A model generated the notes under the pieces. That model searched no databases, was not told where the DNA came from, and worked only from the letters and a program-made list of their open reading frames with translations. From contig CM052817.1 of NCBI GenBank assembly GCA_028534125.1, positions 50,656,001 to 50,720,000 of the forward strand: 64,000 bases of DNA. The letters run 5' to 3'. The position numbers were made by a program, and so were the translations under genes. Positions 1 to 12,639 of the stretch are shown piece by piece; the stretch's first letter is position 1; each line of letters begins with the position of its first letter. This DNA comes from Lama glama. Taxonomy: Eukaryota.

Positions 1-559
1 GTAGAGATTAAACAAACAACTTTTTAAAATGATGAATTACTTGTATGATGAAAGCTGTGGTCTATCCTTCCTTTCCTCCTTCACTTCTTCCCTCCTCTCA
101 CGAGAATTTGTATAGTACTTGTTAGATAGTAACTCTGTTATCAAGTAAACAGAATGGGAAATGTAACACATGGTTACTGTTTGACAAGTACTGTGATGGG
201 AGAGGTACCTGTTCTGTCTGGGCTATGATAGAGGTTTATATGGTTGGCTGGCTATAAATGACGACACTTGCTTTGAATCAAAGATAATTAGGAGTCAGCC
301 ACGAAGAGAAGGCTAGCAGGAGTCAATGCTAAACCAGGCAGAGGGAACTTTGTGTAAAGATGCGGAGGTATGAACAAGCACGATGCATTTGGAGAACAGT
401 CAGCAGTTTAGATTGCTTTAGCGCAGCGTGGGAGTAGAATGTGATAAGCAGATGTCCAATTATGAAGTATCTTATGCTATATTTTGGACTTAGCACATGA
501 ATCAAAGTAGTGGAAAGTTTAAGTTTTACATGGGATTGGTGATAATTAATATGCTCCAG

Positions 560-770
560 CTACTATGAGAATTATACATATATTGCCTTATTTAATTGCT
601 TTTATGAAGAAGGTACTCTTGGTTTTTCTCTGCTTTTACATATAGAGAGAGAGAGGGAGAGAAAGGAAATGGGGGAGAGGGGGCAGAGAAAAAAGTTCAC
701 ATGGTTCTCCAAGTCATACCATCTGAGTCAGTAGCCTACTTAAACACGATTCTGTCCTGGTACAATGGAT
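560..770 (-). mobile_element. MIR SINE fragment with internal GA-rich expansion
   Basis: Antisense MIR-like 'ttttacatatagagaga...ctccaagtcataccatctgagtcagtagc'. Confidence 0.5.
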
Positions 771-1163
771 TTTTTTTTTTTAAGAATCACTCTGTGGCAA
801 TGTAAATGATGCACTAATGCAGGAAATGTTTTTAAAAAGATGCAGCTTAGTCTGTTGCAATAATCAGTATGGGAAATAATCATTTTCTTACTGCAAGGAA
901 ATTACCGTTGATATAGAAAAGATGGAACGGGTTTTAAATGCTTTGAAGGAGCAGAATTAATAGCACTTGACAACTGATTGGAGGTGAGGCTAAGAGGTGA
1001 ATGTGGTTGAGAGTTCTACTTCTCTGCATTTGGTAACAGGGAAGGATGAGAGTCTTCCTAAGTCATGGAATTTCATAAACAATGAAGAAAGGGTTTGATG
1101 GTGTGAGAAAGATGATACTCACATTTGGACTTTTAATGTAGAGATAAAATTTTAAGATGTTAA

Positions 1164-1217
1164 AAGAAAGAAATTAATCTTAAGAAAGAAATTAATCTTA
1201 AGAAAGAAATTAATCTT
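1164..1217. repeat. Perfect tandem repeat, 3 x 18 bp (AAGAAAGAAATTAATCTT)
   Basis: Three identical copies at 1164-1181, 1182-1199 and 1200-1217. Confidence 0.95.
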
Positions 1218-2609
1218 CAAATGGTGAAGAAAATACCAGAGAGACAGATTAAACCAGAAAAGATGGGATCCAAAAAAGAAAAGAGCTTCCCAAGGAGGAA
1301 GAGATCAACAGGTCAAACATTGTAGATGTCAAAAAGCAATAAACCATGTGCTGAATTTTGCAAATTGGAAGTTAACTTTGGAACCTATACTGATGAATGT
1401 GCCTTTGATTTCGGCATCAGATTATAATGGCTTTTCTTTTGAATGAATGAAAATAATAGACCTTCTCATTAAAACACAAATGAGACATTTTTCCCTTAAC
1501 AAGAAGAAGAAATGGGTATCTATAAATAATTTAGTCAGTGCTAGCTTAGTATTCTAAATTTTTAATACCTACTAAAAATGCCTAATTATTACATATAACA
1601 TAGCCAGACATCAAAAGATCTTTTATGGATTAGGTGGATATATATAAAATGTCAATATTATGCCAAAATTCTATGCATATTAGGGGATGTAAGCAATAAA
1701 TAATTTCTCCTCAGAGCTTCAAAAGATTTCTACTGGCCCTATCATGGTGGTAAATTAATATGTTGAACTGATTTTTTTTTTTCTTTTTAATACTGACATA
1801 TGGCCAGTATGTACCTAACCAAACAAGTATTTTTATAGGCCAATTTCTTACCATGTGGAATTAATTTTCTTAGTTTCACTTAGGATATGCAATTTTGAAG
1901 GGTAAAAGAACATTTATTATCAATAATCTTGGATATATATAAATTGCAGTCTTCTAAACTATATCTTTTTATTTTTACTGATTTTCAGTTTGGTTAGATA
2001 AAAAAATTTAGCTCAGTTTAAAAATTCAAGAATAAATCCCCAGGTAGATATGCTTTAAAAGAAAGGGAAATTATTTAGCTTTTATTTATACATTTATATA
2101 TATATGTCTCCCTTTCAACCAGGTCTTTTTAAATTGGTGTTAGTCATTCAGAATAAACTTGTTAAGAAATAAGCGTATAAAGCACATGCTCCTCTACCAC
2201 GCATGTTACCTTAAATGGGGGCAGGAGTAAAATAATAAGAATGCTATGAAATTTTACAATCGGGAAATGTAGGAATAAGATTATAATGTCTTGTTAAAAT
2301 ATTTTGACTTCTATGAGATGTCAGAGAAGTATGACATGTTTTTAAAAATATATTTACTATTAATACATTTACAATATCTAATAATGCAAGCTAATAACTG
2401 GCATTTGAAATGCCATCCTTCTATGCAAAAAAGTTATTGGCCTTTTGCAAAAGAAAATTGGCAACAGATCAATTACATCTTTCAGTATTGTAACACTTTA
2501 AAACAGTTGGTTTGCACTGTTCTTCAGCTGTTTTATATTAACTAGTAGATGGTGATGGTGAGTTTGAGTATAATACCATTTTGTTTCCTTCTGTCTGCAG
2601 ACATGTAAT

Positions 2610-2730
2610 AGGACTTCAATAAAGCTTTGGAAAATATGTGCATCAGCTTTCCATGTTCTGTGTTCTCATTTGTAAAAAGTAGAGAATTCACTAGATACTA
2701 TTTGAAGATCCCTTCCCGTTCTATGGATTT
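2610..2730 (+). mobile_element. MIR3/L3-type SINE fragment
   Basis: 'ttctcatttgtaaaaagtagagaattcactagatactatttgaagatcccttcccgttctatg' resembles the MIR core plus an L3-type tail. Confidence 0.5.
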
Positions 2731-3029
2731 TCAATTTGCCATGGCCACCCAACAAGGGGGTATGCTGTGGAATCCTTATCTCTGGGCACTTAGAAAAGTC
2801 AGAGATCTTTAGAGAAATGTTCACCTATGTTATGATACTTCTCTGCAGTAACATCGGAGACAACTCCAGCAAACTCCAGGAAGCAAATTGGTGATGGTGT
2901 AAGATAGCAATCATCATAGTGACAGGACATGAAACCAATGTCGTTCTGGGCATCTGATATCTGAGACCATAAAGCCAGCCATTTTGCCCTTAACATTTAT
3001 AGTCTAATTCTCTTCTATGCAAGATTTTC

Positions 3030-3170
3030 TGATTCTCATTTTATCTTCAAGGAGACTGAGATTAAGAGACTAGATAATTGCTCAGAGTAACACAGCAAGT
3101 AATTACAACATCAGGGTAAAACCTTGGGTCTCTCTAACTCCAGAGCACATGCTTATTACGTTAAGCCCAT
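3030..3170 (-). mobile_element. MIR SINE
   Basis: 'cattttatcttcaaggagactgagattaagagactagataattgctcagagtaacacagcaagtaa...ctaactccagagc' matches the antisense MIR core. Confidence 0.75.
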
Positions 3171-3632
3171 AGTACAACTCAGTGAGGATCCTAATTGGGT
3201 TGGGTCTTTTTTTTAATGCTTGTGTGCATTTTTCTGTTTTTGTTGTTAGGAGTGAGAATTTTCATACTCTCAGGAGAAAGTCTTATTTTCTGAGATATTA
3301 TAATAAAGCATTTGTCTACATTTTCACTGAGCATCGGGCAGGAAAAGTTGAATTTACCTCCCTTCTGAAACACTAATTGGTTTAATGTTGGATTTTGATG
3401 TCAGTGATTTTTTTCTAAGAGATTCCAATATCAAAATGAACCGAAGACTGAAGATGGTATATGCATAAGATGATACAGGTTAGAACATCTTAATGATAAT
3501 CCTCATTTAATATGTAATAACCACATTAACATTTACCCATATACATATACTTATACCATACACACTACTGGTATAAGCAAAAAAGAAAAAAGGTGGGGAA
3601 GGAAAGAAGGAAGAAAAGGGGAAGGAAGCCAA

Positions 3633-3720
3633 GAATAGCAAATATTGACATAGTACTTATCTGCCAGGCATAGTTCTAAACAATTTACATGTAAGAATTA
3701 TTGTAATCCTCACAACTGAG
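3633..3720 (-). mobile_element. MIR 3' fragment
   Basis: 'tacttatctgccaggcatagttctaaacaatttacatgt...aatcctcacaac'. Confidence 0.65.
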
Positions 3721-4251
3721 TTTATATATTTATATAAACATAAACACATACAATGGACACCCATCAAACTGGTCAAATTGGCTATTTTTTTTCTTTTTAA
3801 CATTGCCTGTCTGTAATTGGGGAATTCCCCCCACTATAAAATCAACCTCTTTATCATAGAATTAAAAACTCAAATACATGGCATGCAAGTGTAATTTAGA
3901 CTAAGCATGCTTCTTTGGGCTGATGGTGAGTATTTGTGGCTTAGTTCTTTTTACAGGTGTGGCCCCTCTGCTGGCAGAAGTGTTGAATTTCTGGCATTTG
4001 GTGCTTGGTGATCTTAGCTGAAGTGGTGACAGTTGCTTTACCACAGACTTGGGAATGTGGTTATGTTTCTGGAAGGCCTGCCTCAAGATACTTCTCTAGG
4101 CTTCAGTGACTCAAGGGTTAGTGAGTCAGCCAAATCACTTAATTTTTTTTTTCTGCTTAAATTAGCCATAGTGATTCTGTTCACAGTTATGGCCACGATC
4201 CAGAATTCCCTCTGTGTGTTTGTGTGTGGTGTACATGAATACAGTCATTCA

Positions 4252-4326
4252 CTGAAAAATTGTGCTGAACACTGGAATTTGACACAACATTGTAAAATGA
4301 TTATAAATCAATAAAAAAGTTAAAAA
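4252..4326 (+). mobile_element. Very short 5'-truncated young L1 3' end with 14-bp TSD
   Basis: L1 tail 'tgtgctgaacactggaatttgacacaacattgtaaaatgattataaatcaataaaaaa'; AATAAA at 4310-4315; identical flanks AATACAGTCATTCA at 4238-4251 and 4327-4340. Confidence 0.9.
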
Positions 4327-5014
4327 AATACAGTCATTCATATAGATTTATACATATTTATATGTGTATCATGTATATTGCTGAAACTACAGTTGCTCAG
4401 TACAGCTGAAGGTAACACTGTTTATTTATGTGATGCTAAGCAGCCTGCTAGGTCCACTGGGGGGGCATTGTAACAACACATTCTCACAGCCACGTAGGAT
4501 GAGACAGTTGGCTGTCTTTCGTTCCCACTCCCTTCAGGATTATAAGTGACTGAATATTAGGATCTCTTCATCACTCTTGAGAATCCTAAGGAAGGAACCA
4601 TGCTACATGCCTCTCAGAATGAAGAAAATAGTGTTTGGGGGCATCCCAGCCTGCAACTGAGACAGGAGAATGATCACTTCTATTCAGAGATGAGATTTTC
4701 TGGAAACCCACCAGTCATTTTGTGTATTTGGTACTCGGGTCTGCAAAATACAGTTTGCTCCTTTTACTTTTTGAATGTGGCCTTCGGAAATATCTTTCAC
4801 AGGGACCCATAGTATCGTCTGCTTTGTGGCTAGTTTTGTGCCTATGTGTTTGCCTCCTCCTCATTGTTGTCTCTTTAGAGTCCCTTCTTTCTATAAGCTC
4901 ATTCTGATTCTTATGCTGTCACATGTCTTTGATCATTCCATGAGGAAGAAGACATTTCTGTTGTATTTAGTTTTTATTTACCTTAAGACACTGCTCCAGA
5001 TAAAGGTTACCAAG

Positions 5015-5260
5015 TTGCAGTAGAAGAACAGTCTTTAAAGCCCTGGTCCTGGAGTCAGACTGCCTGGGTTCCAGTTTCAATAACACTATTATCTGGGTGT
5101 GAAACTAAGGGTGAATTACTCAGGCTCCCAGTGCCACATTTTAACACCTGCAAAATGAGGACAATAGTAGTTTATATCTCATATAAATTCATGCAGATGG
5201 AGCACCTTGAGTGGCGCATAGAAGTGCTGACTAAATCCCAGCTGCTGTAATTATTATTCT
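5015..5260 (+). mobile_element. MIR SINE
   Basis: 'ctggagtcagactgcctgggttccag...acctgcaaaatgaggacaatagtag'. Confidence 0.8.
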
Positions 5261-5339
5261 GATGAACAGAAAAAGGGAAGTTAAGATCAGCATCCAGACT
5301 CAAATCCTAGATCCATCCCAGGCATCTCCTTGTACTAGG

Positions 5340-6133
5340 CCCCCAATTTTTTGTCCTTCCATGTTTATAATACAACTCTACTTTTAGTTATTCAACCAGA
5401 AATCTGAGAATCATCCTGGACTTCTCCTTTCTCTTTACCCGCCGTAGCCAATTAGCAACAAATCCTCCTAATTCTGTCTCCTAAATCTCCCTCAATCCCA
5501 TGAGCCTCTTCATTTACCTTGCCAGTTTCCTAGTAGGATTAGCCTTCTGCCTCTTCCTTCTTCCTTTGATAAACGTCAGTCTCTTTTCTACAGAGCAGCC
5601 CTGATGGTATGTTCAAGATGCAAACATGAGGAAAACTCTTTAATCATATCACTGTGCCTTTGAAATACAATTCCATACCTTTTCTGTGGCAAACAAACCT
5701 TTCAGGAAATGTTTACTTACCTCTGCAGCCACATGCCTCTACCCTCATTTCTTCACATCCCACCATACTAATCTCTTTTCAGTTTTCCCTTTAATGTGTT
5801 ATGACTTGGCTGTTGAGGTCCTGCAGATCTGTTTTTTTCTTCCTATGGGTTTTCTTACAGATCTTTCTGCTTAATTCATTTGTTGCATCTTAATAGATAT
5901 TATACCGTTAGGGAGTATTCCCCGGTACTCCCAGACCACATAGTATCATAGAACCCAGTATTTCCCTCTTTTTATCCTTCATCAAACTTTTGTATCCTTT
6001 GTCAAAGCTTACTTTCTTCTGCTCTGACCTCTGTGTGGGCCAGAATATATCTACCCTGGTAACTGCTGTGTCATTAGGTCTTTATGTAAAACATTTTTGC
6101 CAAGTACCTGTTGGGTATGATTTTGAATGAATA
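5340..6133 (+). mobile_element. L2 LINE 3' region
   Basis: 'ccagaaatctgagaatcatcctggacttctcctttctctttaccc...' and 'ctacagagcagccctgatgg', ending in 'ttgaatgaat'. Confidence 0.7.
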
Positions 6134-6699
6134 GATCGAAGCCAGACTGACAGAAAAACTGATGCCAGACTGAATCACCCGAGTGACAACTATACATATC
6201 TCCTGCTGGAGGCCAAACTTACTCTATACATTCGGAAGACTCTGAGCGTTGAGGAATATATCAGCTGACCAGATAAAAAGTTGTGGGGCCAGAGATCTAC
6301 TCTGGTTGTACAGTATTTAAGAGGAATATAAAATGGAGAGCGGTCTCAACTGAAGTTGAGAGTTGAACATAAGTTGTCTTCAGTGAAGGAACAACTGTGA
6401 CATGTTAAGAAACTTTAACGTGATACCAAAACAATTAGGGGCCATTATAGTGTGACAGGGACCCCAGAATCAGCATAAACTATGATCACCTTGAGGTTCC
6501 AGACAAACATCGTAACTCATGGGATGGACTTGTCAGAAACTGACTTATGAGAGGATATGAGGACACTGCTGTCAGCAGTCTGGAATACAGCTTCCAAGTA
6601 ATGGGTATTTCTGAAGTGAAACTACCAGGTTGTTGTCTGAGTGTTTTCTGCTTCAGCACATGATAGCATTTTATTTCCACAACTGTTTATAATAATTGA

Positions 6700-7330
6700 G
6701 GCTCCCACCAAAGTGTTACTGCTCCACGTGCTCACTGAAGTCTGATACTGTTGGACATTTAAAATGTGCTGCTTTGGTAGAGGTGGTGTAATTTATCATT
6801 TAATGGGCATTTGTTTGATTTCTAAAAACTTTGAGCAGTTTTTCAGACATTTATTGGCCATTTTGGTTTCTTTTTTGTGAAGTTTCTGTTCATGGTTCTC
6901 CCCTACCCGCAATTTTCCTATAGTTCTTTTTTGATTGATCTGTAGGGGTTCTTTTCCTGTTACATGTGTTTAAATCATTTCAGTTTGTGACTTGTAATCC
7001 CTTTATGACATCTTTTGATGAGTGGAAATTACTTTTAGTATAATTGAACTTGTCTAATCTTTTGTGGTTTGTGCATTTCTTGTATCTTGTGGAGGAAAAC
7101 TATCCTCATTTCAATTGTTATAAGATATTCTCTATTTTCTTACACAGATATTAGCCTTTTATGTTTATATTCCACCTGGAATTTACATATATAAATGTGT
7201 GTATATATATATTCTTCAGGGAATCCATTGACATTATTCTCAAATGTGTAAGGGAGATCAAAAGACCAGGAATAGCCAAACCAGTAGTGAAGACTAAAAA
7301 TGACAGCAGGTGACTGCTCAGTCCATTTTT
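6700..7330 (-). mobile_element. Old L1M ORF2 3' fragment
   Basis: Antisense L1 motif 'gcatttgtttgatttct...gagcagtttttcagacatttattggccattttggtttcttttttgtgaagtttctgttca'. Confidence 0.75.
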
Positions 7331-8599
7331 TATCACCATCCCTTCTTTGAATCCTTGTCTTTCCATTTTGAGCTTTTCTTTTTCAGAGGTGGTTGTTTTA
7401 ATTGACTGCAGTGATCACATGAGTCCTTCCTTCCATGACTCTTTTTCCTCTGCCTCTTGTTTCTCCTGTTCCTCTTACTCATTCTCTCTATTGTTTCTGT
7501 ATAGCTCCTTGCCACTTCTTTAGCCACTGCTCATCTTTCATTTCCTCTTGGGCCTGTTGTGTGTAGGAGGTGTTGGTGTGTGGGTATGTAAGGGGTGTCG
7601 ATGGGTAGGGAAGAACCAGAATTTGACTTCCAGCTGGCAGGAATTATCCCTATGGCCCAGGGTTGTATGTGGGAGTGCATTCTTGTAGCATTTTCTGCCT
7701 CCCAGCCCCCGGAATGCAGCATTGCACAGCTGCTGCGAATGCAGAGTCTCTCACTCCTGTCTCCTGAATGAACAGGCTATGTTCTGTAAATACAGCTTGT
7801 TTGTGGTGTTCCTCACTTCATCAGACAATCTGGTTTCAGGGGAAATTCTCCCCCTCAGTTCATGCACGTTGTTTCTGTTCTAAAGAGGGAATTGCTAGGT
7901 TGTATCCCTCAGAGATTTCATCTTCCTACTGAGAGCTGAAAGCTTTGTCTAGATCTGAAACCCTAGCTTGTATTTCTACCCTGTGAGTATTCACTCACTT
8001 ATAGAGCAAATATTTCTGAGCACAATATGCCAAGGACTCCGTTCATTTCTGGGCAACATTTGATTACATGAAAATGTATAGAATCTGCCCTCAAAACACT
8101 TCCCTGTGAAGAGTTGTGTTCAGAAAAAAAAAAATTGATAACAAAAAAAAAATTGCAGTGATGAGCAAAACACTGCCAGTCAAGGAGAATGCCTAAATCT
8201 GCCTCACTGAAGAAAGGCTTTGGTTAATTCATAACACAGGAGATAGACCTGCTAGGTGGGTGTACTCTGCTTTATGGAGAAGCAGCAGTGACTAAAGTGA
8301 GCATGATTCTTGTCCTGATGAAGTTTACAAACTAGTTGGTTACAAAGTGACTTTTTTTAAAAATCACTATAGCATTTGTTATTAAAATAAACATTCTTAT
8401 CTAATATATAAAGGAATAAATGAAAGGCCTTTTAACACGAAAGTTATATTTTCTTAATTAAACAAGAAGGATTGTATTTATTTAAAAATGACATATCATA
8501 CTCAAGCTGCCCTCAGTGTAATTTAATTTTTCACTATCTATGTTTTAGAATGGGTATTGAACAACAGTGACTTTTAAGCTGATAGATTAAGAAGGAACA

Positions 8600-9130
8600 G
8601 TTTTCCACAGGAATGAAAGGGAAGTACTAAGCAGTAGGAAGAATGTGCAAAAGAAGAGAAACTTGGGAAAACAGAATAAGTTGATGAAACTATGGGATGG
8701 CCAATAGTGGATTATAAAAATCAAGCACTGCTTGTGACAGAGATGGAGCCAACAGGTAAGATGCGGCCATGGAAGGAAGTACGCTGTGTACTCACAGAGC
8801 AGTTCGCGTTTTGTCCTTTAGATGTGGAGGTAGGATCATTGGAAAAAATCAGCACGGAATGTCCTTGTCAGATTAGTATATTAGTAGCAGCACATAAGTA
8901 TGAAGGATTGATTGGAGAAGGTCCAGACTAGAGCCTGGACCATAGGCAATATATCCATATTGACAAAGAAGAGGGAAGTTCTGAGCTTGAGTAATTTCAA
9001 TAAGGTTGGAAAGAGAGAAGAGTGGCAACCAAAAAAAGCTAAAGAATTTTTAGCTGATTAGCTTGGGGGATAAGGGAAGGACTTCAGTCCCTGTTGGATT
9101 TGTGATGAAAACAAAAGGATACATTTTGGT
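8600..9130 (-). mobile_element. L2 LINE remnant
   Basis: 'ttttgtcctttagatgtggaggtaggatcattgg', 'gattggagaaggtccagactagagcctggaccataggc'. Confidence 0.5.
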
Positions 9131-9299
9131 GGTGTTTATCAAAGCAAGAGATGTGTCTTGTGTTTTATTTGATGATAAATATAATACTAAAAGGTTTCAG
9201 GTAAATCATGTAAAACCAGGTTTTGAAAAATATTCCACATACAAAGCGTGTCTTCTTTCCATCTCATCCCCTTTCTTCTGCTGAGTTCCTATTTATGTT

Positions 9300-10265
9300 T
9301 CCTTCTACAAACGTATGCTGTTTCCTCTGTAATGTGGCTTCTTCAGCAAAGTTCATAGTTGCTTTTTTCCCCCCATTCTGTGACATCAGATTCTGCTGGA
9401 TTTTGGTTTGGCATGAAATAAAATCTGGCCCCAAGTTTACAATCTGGAGCCAAAGGACTAACTCGATGCCTGTCCGATGTCCTACTCCAATTTCCTGATT
9501 GATAGTGTTACCAAATTATGTCATATGGACCCCGACTTGAGCCCTACACTGGCCAATGCCCCTGTCTTGGCGGGGAAGGTTCTTTTTCCCTTCCAGGTTC
9601 TTGCAGCCAAAACTGAAACTGAAGCTGAGATTGAAGCAGGACAAGCTTATTTAATGGCAAGAGAATGGAGGAGTGGGAACTTAGTTCACAAATCAGTTTC
9701 TTGCCTTAATAGAGAGATTTGCATTTAAGGACAATTTGGGCAGGAGTGAGACTAGTGATGGGGAGGCATATGCATTAGTTTTTTGGGAAAGAGGCAGGGT
9801 TTTTCTTGAAACAAGGTGCCACCCCTTTCCTGTCCTTTTTGTTGGTCTGTGACTTCTGGTCATGGCCACTAGTAGGTATGTCAGTACAATACTGTAGTAA
9901 AATTGGTGTAGAATGAGACTAAGGGTCTGGTGGAGATCAAATTTGTCACCATGTTGGCTTTAACTGGTTCTACCCAGTTTTTGTTTTTGCTTCCTATAGC
10001 TTCCTTTGTGTCCAGACCCTGTGACTTAAAGATACATTAGTTCCTATTCAGGTGAGGGGTTGGTGGGTTTTGAGCAAGGGTCTGGTGGCAGCTCTGGTAA
10101 CAGTAGAATCACATGACCACTCCTGGTTGAGTCAGTGATGGTCCCTGCAGTTTGTAGGCTTGCTCCTTTCAGACAGTGCATGGAGCAGACTCTTTTTAAG
10201 AAGGGTATGGATGAGGAGGGTACCTCTGGGATGTATAGTATACATCCTCTCACCCCCAAAATCAT
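9300..10265. mobile_element. Old MaLR (MLT1-like) LTR split by a younger solo LTR
   Basis: 'aatttcctgattgatag' [insertion] 'gtagaatcacatgaccactcctggttgagtcag' rejoins into an MLT1-like motif. Confidence 0.45.
9506..10102 (-). mobile_element. Solo ERV1-type LTR (597 bp)
   Basis: TG...CA ends with perfect 8-bp terminal inverted repeats TGTTACCA (9506-9513) and TGGTAACA (10095-10102); near-TSD ATAG/GTAG; minus-strand ATTAAA near 9650. Confidence 0.8.
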
Positions 10266-10642
10266 AATGAATGTTTCAAAGGGATGATAATGAGCTTAAT
10301 TTTGAGCATCTTGACTTTGAAAAGCCTGTCATACAAGTATAAAGGGTCTAGTACTGACTTGATATACAGTCAAAGGTTGGATTACTTCCAAAATTGTTTA
10401 CTTGAAGGTGGAGGGGGTTTGAAGGAAGTAGAATTGTACAGCTGGAGTTGAACTGAGATGCATTTTCAAAATAGTTCTCAACTCATCTCAGGAAAACTCT
10501 GGATCTCGGATGGCTCTTTAGAATTATCTTCAACTAATACAACAGTTGGGACATATCTTTATATTCCTGAATTTAACAGTTATGGATGTGGGCATGCTCA
10601 GGGAGCATGACCTTGGGCAAGGCAGCTTCCCCCCCTCTCCAA

Positions 10643-11026
10643 TTTTATTGAGATGTGTGATGCTGTTTGTCAATTATAAATTATATAACATAATGACATA
10701 TATTTATATACAGTGAGATAAATACCATAATAATTTAGTTAACATCCATCTTTTATATATATAAAATACATATATAAATATATATATCAAAATTTTTTTT
10801 CTCTTGTGATGAGAACTTTTAGTATCTACTCTTAGCAACTTTCAAATATACCAAACAGCCATATTAACTGCAGTCATGTTGTACATTACATCCCCAATAC
10901 TTATGTATCTTGTAACTGGAAGTTTGTACCTTTTGCAACAACTTGGATGGAACTTGAGGGCATTGTGCTTAGTGAAGTAAGTCAGAGAGACAAATAATTG
11001 TATGATCTCATTTATGTGTGGAATCT
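10643..11026 (-). mobile_element. L1MA-type 3' end with 5' inversion
   Basis: Antisense L1 3'UTR at 10643-10935 ('ctactcttagcaactttcaaatatac...cttgtaactggaagtttgtacc'), joined to a sense piece at 10932-11026 ('gcaacaacttggatggaacttgagggcatt...gtggaatct'). Confidence 0.85.
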
Positions 11027-12639
11027 TTATTACAAAGAAAAATCTCTTTTCTAATATGCAAGGGATACCTGGATTTCTGGAAGGAAATTTCACTCAGCAG
11101 CTATGTGGAAAGCACCTCAGTCCTCAAAGAGGAGTCTGAATGTGCATCAGATGTGCACTAGAATATTCACTCTGGATGCATTGTTGGGGTTCAGAGATTT
11201 GTATTTGATAGACATGATTATATAGGTAGGAGGTGAAACCACAGATTGAAGTTATGGATGGAGGTTATATAGTATGAATGCATTAAACAGCAGAGAGCTC
11301 TAAGGAGAAGAAGGAAGGGTAACAAATGAAGAATGAGACAGGACTAGAGAAACAGACAAACTAGGAGTCTGTGTGCAAATTCCTGATACCTGATAAAGGG
11401 GAAACACAGAGAGAATAGCTGAAACGCTGTTTCCTGGATCCTGCCCACACATTTCTGACTCTAATTTTACAGATATCTTTTGAACATCCTGTAAACCCTC
11501 TCCATTTCCAGTTGTCAGTATCTACCTCTTTCTTCTCAGTACATTTTCAAATGTTATCTTTTTATCATGGAATCATCTCGAAACATTTTAAGTGATATGC
11601 CTCTTGAACAAGGAAATGTTCTTCTCTCATAGCTTTTATTTTTTGCTTTGCTTTATAGTTAGCTCTTTATTTTGTCATGTCTCATCCAATGCTGAAGTTT
11701 TTTGAGAATGTAAGACCAATATGACATTACCCTGTATTTGCTGCAGACTTATGCAAAGTTCCGCCACACCTAGCAGGTACTTAATATGTAATAGATGCAA
11801 CATGAGTGAAAGAGAACATTAGAGAGGGAACTAGCCTCACAGGGAGTGGAGTGTGGAGATCGGGGACAGAAAAAGATTGGTGGTGAGCAAACTGGGAGGT
11901 GTCTGTAATGATGTTTTACTAGTTGTGTTGATTTTTCATGAACAAAGTGTAGAAAAGAAAAACTTCGGTAAAATTAGCCATGGTTTATTGGTTTACAAGT
12001 TTCCAGTTTAAGTAACTTGGTTTTCACTGAATTGATTGGTTGCTTTTGAATGGACTAAAATGGCTTACTTGTTTTGGCATCAGTAGATGGAGCTCCCCTT
12101 TTGAGATGAAATTGCTAAGGTTGTTCAATCACTAGTTACTTAAATAGTTTACAAGTCCCTGTGTACAGAATGGAAATTTTAAGTTAAATTTTAGATTCAT
12201 TTTCGAAATATGCTCTTTTTTTACTATTTGAAGATGTATATGATTTGAAATATTCTAAAATAGAAGAGATTTTTAAACATCAGAGAAAAATGCTAAAAAT
12301 GCCATGGGAAATGGGAGTCCTTTTTTTTGTTTTTCAGTTTAGTAACTTGTAAAAACAGTATTTGATTCTGGTTCTGGTTTTAGTTAAGCTCTTAACTATT
12401 TAAGAGGTTTTATTTCTAATTTAAACAACAAACAAATCTTTGGTCTCTAATTTTCCTAGGTCAGCAACTTTCTCAATATTTAAAAGCATTTTAATAAAAA
12501 TTAGATACTGAGACAAGTATAGTTTAGAAAATTCTACTTTGAAATATTTCCCCATTGGCATTATAAGAAATAGTCACGATTTTAACATTTCTTTTCAAAT
12601 GCTGTCTTAATTTGTTATAGTAGAAAGAATATTTTGATT

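Larger units (their letters stand above)
100..1420 (-). mobile_element. Degraded L2 LINE remnant, interrupted by a MIR and an 18-bp tandem repeat
   Basis: Purine-rich antisense L2-like motifs, e.g. 'ccaggcagagggaactttgtgtaaagatgcggagg' (~335-367) and 'gaatcactctgtggcaatgt'; boundaries approximate. Confidence 0.65.
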
